A DNA stretch of 64,000 nucleotides from an uncultured virus (IMG/VR IMGVR_UViG_3300020395_001275) (IMGVR_UViG_3300020395_001275); one strand, 5' to 3'. Shown: positions 6,886 to 16,495, counted from the stretch's first letter. Notes: generated from the sequence alone by a model not told the origin. A program made the numbers and translations.

Positions 6886-7100
6886 CTTCTCCTCCCTTTA
6901 GTTGTTAGAAACGTCTTATTCGTTGTTCCATACTGTGAATACAACTTGGCATCATTGATTGCCTGATTGTCATCCTTGAATGGACCATACTTAAATGGTG
7001 TTTCGGTGTAATTCCAATATATCCCTCTTCTCTTCTGTTGCAGTTCGACTGTTACGTCCTGCTTGAGTACATTAAACTGTACTTTCTTTGATTTCTTCAT
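6882..7100 (-). CDS. hypothetical protein
   Basis: ORF track, ATGA coupling. Confidence 0.65.
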   Translation of the reverse strand: MKKSKKVQFNVLKQDVTVELQQKRRGIYWNYTETPFKYGPFKDDNQAINDAKLYSQYGTTNKTFLTTKGRRR

Positions 7101-7317
7101 TTGATTGAGAAGGTTGAATAGTATGCCAGTATGATCTGTATACTAGCACGTTGACTTGTTTGTATCCATGCAGTGTGCCTGGATCCTCCCATTGATGAGT
7201 ACATACAGTGACATACTCTGGGCATACGAATGTAACGAGGGCATTGTGTGTAACGATACCAGTCTGTTGATCCGTATAAGTGACACGATCACCAACTTTA
7301 GGTCGGTTAGTCTTCAT
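7072..7317 (-). CDS. SH3-like hypothetical protein
   Basis: KVGDRVTY...VTFVC.EYVTVC. Confidence 0.7.
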   Translation of the reverse strand: MKTNRPKVGDRVTYTDQQTGIVTHNALVTFVCPEYVTVCTHQWEDPGTLHGYKQVNVLVYRSYWHTIQPSQSNEEIKESTV

Positions 7318-7500
7318 TTATCCAAAACCGTTACCACTATTTAACTCTTGTCTATCAGTATACAATTCACGAAGTTTAGTCTTCATGTACCTGATCTCCT
7401 TCTCCTCATATAGAAATGGATCTTGGTCTGATGCCTTGAGTGCCTTCTTGAGAGATTTGATCATTGTATTGACCGAAGCAAGAGTTGTAATAGTGGACAT
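7318..7500 (-). CDS. conserved cyanophage small protein ending GFG
   Basis: ORF track; LY..EEI.YMK..L pattern. Confidence 0.7.
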   Translation of the reverse strand: MSTITTLASVNTMIKSLKKALKASDQDPFLYEEKEIRYMKTKLRELYTDRQELNSGNGFG

Positions 7501-7504
7501 GTGC

Positions 7505-7618
7505 TTATAGGATTGTGTTGTCGTAGTCTACTGTCTCTACTATGTCATCAAGTACAGCAAGTAAGTCATTACCTGTGTCTGCTTGATCAAGTAGGAATTC
7601 AGCAAATGTCTGTGACAT
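7505..7618 (-). CDS. 37-aa acidic protein
   Basis: Manual translation MSQTFAEFLLDQADTGNDLLAVLDDI... Confidence 0.6.
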   Translation of the reverse strand: MSQTFAEFLLDQADTGNDLLAVLDDIVETVDYDNTIL

Positions 7619-7666
7619 GATTGTTTATGCGATGGAATTAGTTTAAAGTCATTGCGGACTATAAGA

Positions 7667-7870
7667 TTAAAATGGGCAGTCGTCAGGTACTGTGTATGCA
7701 GGTGTTTCACCACCCATCCACTTAGCACGTTGCTCGTCTTGCCATTTCATGTGGTCAACACGTCGAATCATTTCATCAACGTGTTCCTTCTGTTGCATTT
7801 GAGTTGTGGTCAACTCTTTCTCGTATTGGTACTCTGTCCATACGAGATCATAATAATACTTTTGTGACAT
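7667..7870 (-). CDS. early hypothetical protein
   Basis: ATG 6 nt after TATAAT. Confidence 0.65.
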   Translation of the reverse strand: MSQKYYYDLVWTEYQYEKELTTTQMQQKEHVDEMIRRVDHMKWQDEQRAKWMGGETPAYTVPDDCPF

Positions 7871-7877
7871 ATAACCA

Positions 7878-8516
7878 TTATAGTGTATCCATGTCGTTTT
7901 GGCGACCAGTACGTGAAGGTTTGTGAACTGGTACACGTCTTGGGTCTAGCACCTGTAATAGGTTATTATAGTCTCCTCGAAAGGCATCCTTGAACCCATC
8001 TACCATCTGCTGTTCCCTACCTCTTTGTACACTCTGGTAGTCTCCATAGTTTTCATTGATATAATCCTCAGTATTATACACTGGGAAACCATCATCATGA
8101 AACTGGTCATACTTGGATGTCTTACCCTTACCACGTTCATACTTCTCCTTCAGAAACATATATGTGACCTTCTTATCAGGAAACAGTGCTTGAAGTGATT
8201 GCTTGAAGAGTATGGCATCGTTCAATTCAGATGTATATGAATTGGTATTGTTAAATGATGCACCCTTACTGTTGATGCCTATGACATTCTCTCCATCAAT
8301 GATGAGTATGTCCTGTTTATGTTTCTTACGTGAGTTTGCTTTCACGAGTGGTACAGGATACTCTTCATGTACCTCTTGATGTTTACCACTTGCCTTGATG
8401 TGAAGGTACAGTTGGTGTTGTAATATCGTGCCACCACATATATTCATTTTGCGATGAGCATCTACTGCTAGTTCTTTGAGCAGTTCGTAATCAGTTTTCA
8501 TAGGTCTGAGTTTCAT
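7878..8516 (-). CDS. putative PD-(D/E)XK-like endonuclease
   Basis: KQDILII.....GINSKG; ATGA-coupled to the methyltransferase. Confidence 0.45.
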   Translation of the reverse strand: MKLRPMKTDYELLKELAVDAHRKMNICGGTILQHQLYLHIKASGKHQEVHEEYPVPLVKANSRKKHKQDILIIDGENVIGINSKGASFNNTNSYTSELNDAILFKQSLQALFPDKKVTYMFLKEKYERGKGKTSKYDQFHDDGFPVYNTEDYINENYGDYQSVQRGREQQMVDGFKDAFRGDYNNLLQVLDPRRVPVHKPSRTGRQNDMDTL

Positions 8517-9376
8517 GCTTCTATTCTATCACGATCTAACAAATTTTGCAATGTTGCATTGTTCACTCGATGAAGTGTCATCTCATCCTCATAATTTGTG
8601 ACATACATGTGCGATACTGAAGCAGCATCATGGTTCTTATTCTTACCGAACCTCTGTGCATATCCAAATTGCTTGTAAAATATATGATACTCACTCAATG
8701 CATCACGATAGAAGTCATTATCACTGTGTATAAACAACCACTTTGCCTTGCTGTTATGCATACATGATACTAAACGTTCATGTAATGTGTCACTACCATG
8801 TGCATATCCTAGTCTGTCTAGGTATGGTGGATCAATGAATATGAAATCATTCTCTGTTGCCATATCAAATATGGGTTCAAAGTCACCATGATAGATGCTA
8901 CTACCTGATTGATGTAAGAACTTCATGTGGTTCCAGTCTAGGTTACATGAGAACTTCTTGTAATGTCCAAATGGTACATTGAACTGTCCACTCTTGTTGT
9001 ATCTCTCCATACCACTGAAGCATAACTGTCTCACTGTGATATATGATACTGCCCATTCGTATGGGTCAACATGCTTACCATTGATATAGTCTCTTGCTTT
9101 ATAGTATTCAACACTGAGGTCATCATGCTCTAGTGTCTTCAACCAGTTCACATGAGAGAATACTTCATGAAAGGCAGTTGGATGTGATACTTGCTGATAC
9201 ATGTTAATCAATGCATCATTCATATCATTTAATATGCATCTATGTCCTAATGCAAAAGACACCGCTGCTCCACCTGCAAAAGGTTCGAGTACAGTGTCAT
9301 ATTCTTTTGGTAATAGTTTAGTGATAAGTGGCAATTCACGTGTCTTACCACCTTGGTACTTAACGATAGGTTTCAT
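8513..9376 (-). CDS. Dam/D12-class N6-adenine DNA methyltransferase
   Basis: KYQGGK, EPFAGGAAV, RYN..G.FNVPFG and DPPY motifs. Confidence 0.92.
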   Translation of the reverse strand: MKPIVKYQGGKTRELPLITKLLPKEYDTVLEPFAGGAAVSFALGHRCILNDMNDALINMYQQVSHPTAFHEVFSHVNWLKTLEHDDLSVEYYKARDYINGKHVDPYEWAVSYITVRQLCFSGMERYNKSGQFNVPFGHYKKFSCNLDWNHMKFLHQSGSSIYHGDFEPIFDMATENDFIFIDPPYLDRLGYAHGSDTLHERLVSCMHNSKAKWLFIHSDNDFYRDALSEYHIFYKQFGYAQRFGKNKNHDAASVSHMYVTNYEDEMTLHRVNNATLQNLLDRDRIEA

Positions 9377-9585
9377 TTCTTACGTTTACGAAGGCGTTCA
9401 ACTAGGTTACGAGCACTCTGCTCGTTCCTGCATACCTTTATTATAGCACCATTATGGACTAAACTCAACCTCTTACCACCACTAGGTATTGCGTAGTAAC
9501 CGTCCTCGGTCGCAAAACCATACTTGGCATCTTTATAAAATCTTGCTATTGCTTTTAACTCTCGTTCTTCTGGTGTTTGTGCCAT
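9373..9585 (-). CDS. conserved cyanophage hypothetical protein
   Basis: YYAIP...IHNG..IKVCRN..SA pattern. Confidence 0.7.
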   Translation of the reverse strand: MAQTPEERELKAIARFYKDAKYGFATEDGYYAIPSGGKRLSLVHNGAIIKVCRNEQSARNLVERLRKRKK

Positions 9586-9782
9586 GGGTGTTCATAATGA
9601 TTGTTTGTGGATACTGTGAGACTAGCACCATCAAAACTATTCATTCTCTTGATGTTACCGAATGATAGTTCTATGTCCTTGTCCTTCCAGCCAAGTGCTT
9701 TGACTAACTCTTTGCTGATAAACATGTGCAGTTCTCCCTCCACATGCTTAAAATCAAAATGCTTTTGAATATCAGGATCCAT
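9555..9782 (-). CDS. AbrB/SpoVT-like small protein
   Basis: I.KELVKALGW..D.IEL pattern. Confidence 0.5.
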   Translation of the reverse strand: MDPDIQKHFDFKHVEGELHMFISKELVKALGWKDKDIELSFGNIKRMNSFDGASLTVSTNNHYEHPWHKHQKNES

Positions 9783-9792
9783 AGTCTTCTCT

Positions 9793-10269
9793 TTAACCCT
9801 CGTTATGTATAAGGTTACCAGATACTACTATGCGATCAAGGTAGTTACATGTGTGTGGTGGTACATAATGTACCAGACCACCATCAAATACATGTAAATT
9901 ACCCACTTTAGGATAAATTACATGTGGTGGCAACCATGGGTGTTTTATATCAGGGAAGCAGAGTGGAGGGCAATGAATACTGGCATCCAGATACCACACA
10001 AAAGACCAATCAAAACCACGATGGTCATGACTTTCTGTGTAGTCGCCCAGTCCATACGATGCGACCCAGAGATCTTCGATTTGATACGTCGGGTAGAGGA
10101 CATTTAATTGTTTGCATAGGTCAGGAAAATACTGAGATACATTCCAATCGGTCAGATTTGCCTGTACAGGTGCTTCTGACCTACGATGCCAATCAAGAAT
10201 TTCAAGTATCTCATCAGTATTTACTGGTGGTTGAACGTAAAACGTCTCAATTCTTAAGGTTTGTTTCAT
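9793..10269 (-). CDS. 2OG-Fe(II) oxygenase family protein
   Basis: HDH...WSFVWY...F...L.HYVP...RIVVSGN. Confidence 0.8.
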   Translation of the reverse strand: MKQTLRIETFYVQPPVNTDEILEILDWHRRSEAPVQANLTDWNVSQYFPDLCKQLNVLYPTYQIEDLWVASYGLGDYTESHDHRGFDWSFVWYLDASIHCPPLCFPDIKHPWLPPHVIYPKVGNLHVFDGGLVHYVPPHTCNYLDRIVVSGNLIHNEG

Positions 10270-10696
10270 ATTCTCTATATGCAGTATAGAGTTCTTTCTC
10301 CATACTGTATGCTTCTACCTCCCATGGTTCATCCATGTAAGCAGTCTCTGGTGGTATAACTTTCCCCTTCCACTTGTTTACTGTACGACACAAACGTGCA
10401 TTATACCTCATCTTGTGTGTACCACGAAGACGTTGTTCCACATGTACCAATTCATGAAATAGTGTTGAGAGATAGTCTTCTGGACTAAGACGATTATCCA
10501 TCTCAATCTCAAAGTATCTAGGTCTCCAGTTCCCATCTATTGATACACATGCACCATCATCTTCCATGCGTCTATCAATTACATGGATAAATGTGTTGAA
10601 GCGATTGAGTTTACGATGTTGTAAGAACCACTCGATTGCAGGACGAACGATCCGCTTGCAATTGCGATACCCACCAAACGTGACATAACAAGACAT
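10247..10696 (-). CDS. zinc metallopeptidase-like protein (HExxH)
   Basis: TLFHELVHVEQ and PWEVEAY. Confidence 0.8.
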   Translation of the reverse strand: MSCYVTFGGYRNCKRIVRPAIEWFLQHRKLNRFNTFIHVIDRRMEDDGACVSIDGNWRPRYFEIEMDNRLSPEDYLSTLFHELVHVEQRLRGTHKMRYNARLCRTVNKWKGKVIPPETAYMDEPWEVEAYSMEKELYTAYREYETNLKN

Positions 10697-10768
10697 AATT
10701 TAGTTCCCCAATGAAGAAAGTTTACAAATGTGAAAATGAATAGGAGTTTCTCTGCTCCTGTCATATCT

Positions 10769-10903
10769 TTAGCGTTCATTCAATAGTACCTCCAGTTTAG
10801 CATAGGTAGCACCTCTGCCTGTTGCCTTTGTGTCATTCTGCATCAGTGACTGGAAATAGCGTAGTTCACTCTTTGAAAATGGTGATTCGTATTTCTTTGA
10901 CAT
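10769..10903 (-). CDS. 44-aa hypothetical protein
   Basis: Manual translation MSKKYESPFSKSELRYF...; TATACT upstream. Confidence 0.55.
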   Translation of the reverse strand: MSKKYESPFSKSELRYFQSLMQNDTKATGRGATYAKLEVLLNER

Positions 10904-10926
10904 GGTAATTTCGTCTGGTGTGATGA

Positions 10927-12015
10927 TTACTTCCATAGTATAGCAGGTAATTGACTAGGTATGCTATCTATTCGGTCAGTTTGTAAACTGGCATAGTCTT
11001 CGTTCAATTCGCATCCAATATAGTTACGATTGTGTTTCTTCGCCATCATTGCTGTGGTTCCTGATCCCATAAATGGATCGAGAACTATGTCATTCTCCTC
11101 TGAACCTGCTAATATACATGGTTCAATGAGGTCAGGTGGGAAGCAAGCGAAGTGTGCTCCCTTATATGGTTTGTTTGTTACTGTCCAAACAGATCGTTTA
11201 TTCTTCCTGTCATAAGACTTGGTAAGCCCACTATGAGGAGCCAACCCAGTGCCAGGATTATGATACTTGCCTTCACTTCTGTTGCGTGTGCCCCAGTCTT
11301 GCTTGACTGGTTCTTTGATTGCTTCATTGTCATAATGATACTTACGGTTCTTGGATAATAAAAAGATATACTCATGTGCTTTTGTACATCTATCTTTCAC
11401 ACTCTCTGGCATAGGATTAGGTTTATTCCATATGATATCCTGTCTGAGATACCATCCATCTGCTCTCAATGCAAATGCTAACATCCAAGGTATACCTATC
11501 AAGTCCTTTTGTTTTAATCCTTGAAGTTTATTACCACGTACAGGAGAGAAATTAGGTAGATCTTGATTAGTCTTGGATACTGTCTGTTTAGGATAATTAC
11601 CATCTGATCTGTAATTATAGTATGTGTCTCCTATGTTTACCCATAGTGTACCATCATCAGTTAACACATCACGTACTGATCTGAATACTGATACTAGATT
11701 GTCAATATACTCTTCTGGTGTCTGTTCTAGTCCTATCTGACTATCTTGTCTGATTGCACCACACTTAGGGCATTCTGTTTTGTATATTGCATCCCCAACT
11801 CCTGCCATCTTACCATGGTTCTTATGACCAGTGATACAATTCTCAGGTTTGACCTTACTATCTCTCATGTGATTGCAATTTGGATCTCCTCCTACCCACG
11901 TTGCAGTTCCATAATCCCTCAATCCATAGTAAGGAGGTGAGGTCACACACATTCGTGCCTTGACATCAATAGTCTGTAGTGTTTCTCGGCAGTCACCGAA
12001 TAATATCTTGTTCAT
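10927..12015 (-). CDS. beta-class N4-cytosine/N6-adenine DNA methyltransferase with Cys-rich insert
   Basis: TSPPY precedes DPFMGSGTT; IIWNKPNPMPES; TAATG-coupled start. Confidence 0.92.
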   Translation of the reverse strand: MNKILFGDCRETLQTIDVKARMCVTSPPYYGLRDYGTATWVGGDPNCNHMRDSKVKPENCITGHKNHGKMAGVGDAIYKTECPKCGAIRQDSQIGLEQTPEEYIDNLVSVFRSVRDVLTDDGTLWVNIGDTYYNYRSDGNYPKQTVSKTNQDLPNFSPVRGNKLQGLKQKDLIGIPWMLAFALRADGWYLRQDIIWNKPNPMPESVKDRCTKAHEYIFLLSKNRKYHYDNEAIKEPVKQDWGTRNRSEGKYHNPGTGLAPHSGLTKSYDRKNKRSVWTVTNKPYKGAHFACFPPDLIEPCILAGSEENDIVLDPFMGSGTTAMMAKKHNRNYIGCELNEDYASLQTDRIDSIPSQLPAILWK

Positions 12016-12164
12016 TACCAAGTCGTAGGATGATTATTAATTTTACCTTCAACGTGATTATGATCTATCTCATCTATGTGAGCATGCTCAATATTGAAGT
12101 GTTCGAGTGCAGTTGCAATTCTTTCTAATGAGTTTGCAATGCGAGAGAAGTCAAGGTCGTTCAT
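12015..12164 (-). CDS. 49-aa His-rich hypothetical protein
   Basis: MNDLDFSRIANSLERIATALEH... Confidence 0.65.
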   Translation of the reverse strand: MNDLDFSRIANSLERIATALEHFNIEHAHIDEIDHNHVEGKINNHPTTW

Positions 12165-12264
12165 AACATACCAAATAAAATTAATCCAAAAGCGACGAAT
12201 ACCATGATACCCATGCTTATAACCATATTATAGAACCATCTGGGGATGGTGTCAACATCGTCAA

Positions 12265-12765
12265 TCATATCCAATCTGGTTTTCTGGATGGGTCACGAAG
12301 ATAATTAGATGCAACCCAAGGTTTGCTGCCAATGTAATTCTTGTAAGCAAGAAAAGTGTCAATGCTTGTGTCATGTTTAAAGATGTCGGGCATTGCTCTC
12401 GTGAAACTTTTAGGGAAATCATCGTGATGGGGGAATAAATCGTCAGCATACTCAATAGTTGATTGACAACTATGGACTTTATTGTATCTGTGAGTATACT
12501 CTGCACATAATGCTAGACCATGATTGATTAACCATGTCCAGTGTGATTGTGCCCAGATAGTACAAGGATGATTGCGAAATGCACCCTTGTCTGTGGCATA
12601 GTGACCACCTGATTTCTTAGGTAGTTTGCCAAAACCATGACCCCACTTGTCACTACCAACTATGGATAGCATTTGACATGTCTCCAATGGCATCTTGACA
12701 ATGTGCTTGTCAGGTAAGCATTGTGCGGAAACTGTGGGGTCGGGATCGGTAACGAAGATGTTCAT
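12265..12765 (-). CDS. denV: pyrimidine dimer DNA glycosylase / endonuclease V family
   Basis: MNIF..D..P...A..L.DKH.VKM.LE.CQMLS and NHPC.IW. Confidence 0.8.
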   Translation of the reverse strand: MNIFVTDPDPTVSAQCLPDKHIVKMPLETCQMLSIVGSDKWGHGFGKLPKKSGGHYATDKGAFRNHPCTIWAQSHWTWLINHGLALCAEYTHRYNKVHSCQSTIEYADDLFPHHDDFPKSFTRAMPDIFKHDTSIDTFLAYKNYIGSKPWVASNYLRDPSRKPDWI

Positions 12766-12781
12766 AATAATATTATATCAC

Positions 12782-12958
12782 TTAATTGTTCCAATGTCTA
12801 ATGACACCACTAACAATAAAGCAATTAGTGACAAAGTAAGTGACAAATATGAAGCTACGTACGAGAGCAACTGAATTGTCGTATCTTTTTGTGGTTTCAT
12901 CTGCAAATCCTCCTAATGAATACATCCAAATCCTCCACCAACGTGGATTTCTCCTCAT
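12782..12958 (-). CDS. 58-aa conserved cyanophage membrane protein
   Basis: Manual translation ...WRIWMYSLGGF.D..T..YDN.VA..R...GVIRHWN. Confidence 0.7.
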   Translation of the reverse strand: MRRNPRWWRIWMYSLGGFADETTKRYDNSVALVRSFIFVTYFVTNCFIVSGVIRHWNN

Positions 12959-13152
12959 AAATCATCATCCTCCGCTTTAAATACTAACAGTTCATCCCCA
13001 CTTTGCACATCTTTCATCTCTGGATGCACATTTCTCTGTGGTTTTTTCAACTCATCTTGCACTATGCTCATGCTCTTCCACATAAATGCGAAAGCAGCAC
13101 CTGTTACACACGCAAATCCTATACCATAGATGAATACTACTAGGTCATTCAT
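12955..13152 (-). CDS. DUF2973-like small membrane protein
   Basis: N-terminal TM helix, HPE...ELLVF. Confidence 0.65.
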   Translation of the reverse strand: MNDLVVFIYGIGFACVTGAAFAFMWKSMSIVQDELKKPQRNVHPEMKDVQSGDELLVFKAEDDDL

Positions 13153-13693
13153 AGTTGATAACTTCTTCTAACGTGAATATTGAAACATATTCTAAGTTAT
13201 TTTCCGCCCATACATCATGGTTGTCCATCCTATCAACGATAGAAACCACACGATTAACAGTATATCCCGCATCACGCAGAGCATGAACTGCTTTGAGTGC
13301 ACTACTACCTGTTGTTGTTACATCTTCTAGTACTGTAACAACCGATCCTTTAGGTGGTTTGTTACCTTCAATTACTTCTTTAGTACCATGTCCCTTAGGG
13401 TTCTTGCGTACAATGAGTGCATCTACGTGTCTATGTCCTGAGTAGTATGCTCTCTGTGCAACACCACACACTAATGGGTCAGCACCTAGTGTCAATCCAC
13501 CTACTGCAACTGCTTCTTTCTCTATCTCTTCAATCATTAAATGAGACAGTAAAGCATTACCCTCACATGATAATGTGACAGGTTTACAGTTGACATAGTG
13601 TTCTGTTTTCTTACCCGAAGATAAGATAAAATCACCATGTCGGTATGCTCTTTCTTTTATTAAATGTAATAAAGTCTTCTTATGTGTATTCAT
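13145..13693 (-). CDS. pyrE: orotate phosphoribosyltransferase
   Basis: GDF.LSSG, GG.TLGADP, RK..K.HG and PRPP motif VLEDVTTTG. Confidence 0.95.
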   Translation of the reverse strand: MNTHKKTLLHLIKERAYRHGDFILSSGKKTEHYVNCKPVTLSCEGNALLSHLMIEEIEKEAVAVGGLTLGADPLVCGVAQRAYYSGHRHVDALIVRKNPKGHGTKEVIEGNKPPKGSVVTVLEDVTTTGSSALKAVHALRDAGYTVNRVVSIVDRMDNHDVWAENNLEYVSIFTLEEVINYE

Positions 13694-13728
13694 GTCATTA
13701 AAGGGGTCTGAGACCCCTTGTGGGGGTC

Positions 13729-14229
13729 TTAAACGTACTTATTTGGTAAGTGTGATCTATCGTAAAGATAACCACCTGACCATGTACATTTGGTTGGATT
13801 AAGGATGTACTCTCTATCTTTGATAATACGTAAATCCCATCTTACTGGATACTTACCAGTGGTTGTTGGTTTGTTGTATCCTGCAGGCATGTACACCTGA
13901 CCTGTCTTTCTATCTATGAAAGCATGAACAGTGCTGTCCTTGTATCTTTTAGTTGGATTAGGACCCATATCATCAAACTCTTGTCTAACGATCTTGATGT
14001 ACTTACGACCTGTGTATGATACAAATTTGTTTAGATTACCACCACCTAGAGTGATCTCATCTAGTCTATCTTGGTGATACTCTTTTGACCACTCATCACC
14101 TGTTTCGATGTTTCTCTTGTGTGATGCAATTGTGTACTGTTTGTAATTTGTGTCAAGTGCGTTGCAAAGATCTTTAGCCCAACCTTGTACTCTTTCTTCG
14201 AGTGTTGCAGGTGCGGTTGCTACTGTCAT
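13729..14229 (-). CDS. conserved cyanophage early protein
   Basis: GRKYIKI...VHAFIDRKTG.VY.PA; promoter TTGCAT-17-TATAAT and AGGAG RBS. Confidence 0.8.
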   Translation of the reverse strand: MTVATAPATLEERVQGWAKDLCNALDTNYKQYTIASHKRNIETGDEWSKEYHQDRLDEITLGGGNLNKFVSYTGRKYIKIVRQEFDDMGPNPTKRYKDSTVHAFIDRKTGQVYMPAGYNKPTTTGKYPVRWDLRIIKDREYILNPTKCTWSGGYLYDRSHLPNKYV

Positions 14230-14299
14230 GTGTCTCCTGTTGTTTATACTATTATTATAGTATAATATCTGCGGATATGCAAGCTATTGTGACACAAAT

Positions 14300-14626
14300 T
14301 TAATCGTCCCAATCGTCATCCCAATCCATTTCCTCATCTTCACCGAACATCATTTCATAACTCTCCGCATCTTCCTCATCAAAATGATTAATATGCCATT
14401 GCAGTACACGATGTCCTTGCAAACTGCTGAATGATATGGTACTATCTCCCTCATTCATAGCAAAACCACGCTTCAACCACTCCGTTAGTTCATGGTCTGG
14501 GTGTGCTTCTATCATTAGATCGAGTAACTCCTCGAACTTATCACGCTCTAGGTGCTTGTATTCGAGTGGAGGATGATCCAAATGTTTCTGCCATTGCGGA
14601 TACATTCCGTCTTCTATAAACATCAT
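14300..14626 (-). CDS. acidic hypothetical protein
   Basis: ORF track, ATGA coupling. Confidence 0.7.
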   Translation of the reverse strand: MMFIEDGMYPQWQKHLDHPPLEYKHLERDKFEELLDLMIEAHPDHELTEWLKRGFAMNEGDSTISFSSLQGHRVLQWHINHFDEEDAESYEMMFGEDEEMDWDDDWDD

Positions 14627-15294
14627 CGCTCAAATACCTCAATGTCCTTGGATAACCATTGGTGACAGTAGTTCACCAACTCCTCTTCTAGTGTCATGGG
14701 TTCTTTCATAAACTCAATCAGGTAACCAGGTTGCTCAAATACTAACTCATCGAACTCATGCGTGGCAATAACTGGGTGACCCATATCTATTTTAAGGTCT
14801 CCGTAAGTGCAATCTTCCGTAGGTATAAGGATAGACGATGTACTTAGTGGCATAAACATGGTACTACCACTGCATTTATGTACTAATCTGCGTAGTAATG
14901 GAATAGTATCTGCATCAGGATCGGCACCAATACAGATAGCACTACTGTTTTCTGTCAATGATGTGAACCTAGTGATGCCAGATACACGAAAACTCAGGTT
15001 AGTTCCTGGTCTATACCTGAGATACTGCGGATATTTTGCTGTCTCACTCATCCATACACCATCAGGAAACACTAAGCACCTGCTATGCATATAAAATCTG
15101 AGCATATAATCAACTGGGAAGTCCTTATACTCACGAGCAAACATCTCCTTCATCATATCAAGGTGTTCTTGTTTGATATAATGTCTGTATTCTTCTGGGT
15201 CATCCCCGAAGAACTTGAAACCTTTACTGCATCCTTTATGATATAGTACTGTGAGACCATCTAACTGATCATTAACAGTGTATTCACATTTCAT
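14623..15294 (-). CDS. hypothetical protein, paralog of 15298..16020
   Basis: FRVSGITRFTS...AICIG vs FRFPGLNRLIS...VACSG. Confidence 0.75.
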   Translation of the reverse strand: MKCEYTVNDQLDGLTVLYHKGCSKGFKFFGDDPEEYRHYIKQEHLDMMKEMFAREYKDFPVDYMLRFYMHSRCLVFPDGVWMSETAKYPQYLRYRPGTNLSFRVSGITRFTSLTENSSAICIGADPDADTIPLLRRLVHKCSGSTMFMPLSTSSILIPTEDCTYGDLKIDMGHPVIATHEFDELVFEQPGYLIEFMKEPMTLEEELVNYCHQWLSKDIEVFER

Positions 15295-15297
15295 ATT

Positions 15298-16020
15298 TTA
15301 CCTGTCTACGATTTCGATTAATCCCTCTTCTATCTGATTTAACCATGATTGCGTGAAATGTGCAACATCTGGTTGTTGGTTTGTAATAAATTCCAACACT
15401 AACGTTGGTTTATCCACTGAGATCTGTACAGTATCTGGTTCTGAGATCGGGAATGGATAATGTTGGTACACCTTTTTCTTATGATAGTAGATATCATTCA
15501 TAGGTACTATTATACTACCAATACCTGCTGGTGTAAAGCTGTCACTATTCTCATACACATGAACCTTGCGGTTGGTTGCACTCAGGTCTTCAAAACCTGA
15601 ACACGCAACAGTACCACCTTCCTCTTGTGATATCAGTCTGTTTAGACCAGGAAAACGGAAGTGAGTGTGTGAGTTGGCATGATATAGTAACGAGTAGTGT
15701 GCTGGCTTGAGTGAGTCACTCCTCCATGTACTACCAAATGATACAGTTCTGTGATGTACTTGGTATGTCTGACCACACTCACGTATTATATCCTCATAAC
15801 CCGCAACTTTACCCTTCTTATTCTTCTTTATATGTGCAGAAATAATTTTATCCTGCGTATCCAACATGATCTCAGTGGTAGGATCAGGGTCATTACCAAA
15901 TACTTTCTTGCCTTTGCGTGCGTTATTGCATGAGAATACACTAACACCAAACTGTGCTATACTCTTGCCGAATGTATATTGTGCAATTCGACTGTCCTGT
16001 GATTCTGCAAGATCGTACAT
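15298..16020 (-). CDS. hypothetical protein (beta-rich, possibly cupin-like)
   Basis: ORF track; start placed at ATG 1 nt after upstream stop. Confidence 0.75.
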   Translation of the reverse strand: MYDLAESQDSRIAQYTFGKSIAQFGVSVFSCNNARKGKKVFGNDPDPTTEIMLDTQDKIISAHIKKNKKGKVAGYEDIIRECGQTYQVHHRTVSFGSTWRSDSLKPAHYSLLYHANSHTHFRFPGLNRLISQEEGGTVACSGFEDLSATNRKVHVYENSDSFTPAGIGSIIVPMNDIYYHKKKVYQHYPFPISEPDTVQISVDKPTLVLEFITNQQPDVAHFTQSWLNQIEEGLIEIVDR

Positions 16021-16021
16021 A

Positions 16022-16495
16022 CTACTCCTCTTCGGATAGTGCAGCACTCAATGCTTCAAACTGTTCGTCGAAATCATCCTCACTGTACACATTTACAACT
16101 GTAGTAGCTTTCACTACTGGATCTACGTTTTGTATATCTTTCTTTGCCATTGCTTCCTTGTGTCTCATCAACTCTTCCATTGGTACTGACTGTACCTGTC
16201 CGAGCATTTGACTGAGAACTAGAGTAGTTGATGACATATCACACTCTGCTAGTCTGCTATTTTGTACATGAGCATAGACTTGCTCTCCTATTTGAAATCT
16301 TAATGGTTCTTCTGTCTCTGGTTTTAAGGAGTCTAGATCCATATAAAGAGGACCATACCACTCATCACTATTGAGAGTACCATCGTTGTAAAATACCTCA
16401 AAGGTTCTTTCCTCTGGGTTAAAATTCTCGCATTTAAAGGTTGGTGCAACATCTGCATCTAATCTAAATTGCGGATCAATATCTTCTAAAGACAT
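16022..16495 (-). CDS. hypothetical protein, possible fibre/adhesin assembly factor
   Basis: Position directly after adhesin; acidic. Confidence 0.6.
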   Translation of the reverse strand: MSLEDIDPQFRLDADVAPTFKCENFNPEERTFEVFYNDGTLNSDEWYGPLYMDLDSLKPETEEPLRFQIGEQVYAHVQNSRLAECDMSSTTLVLSQMLGQVQSVPMEELMRHKEAMAKKDIQNVDPVVKATTVVNVYSEDDFDEQFEALSAALSEEE

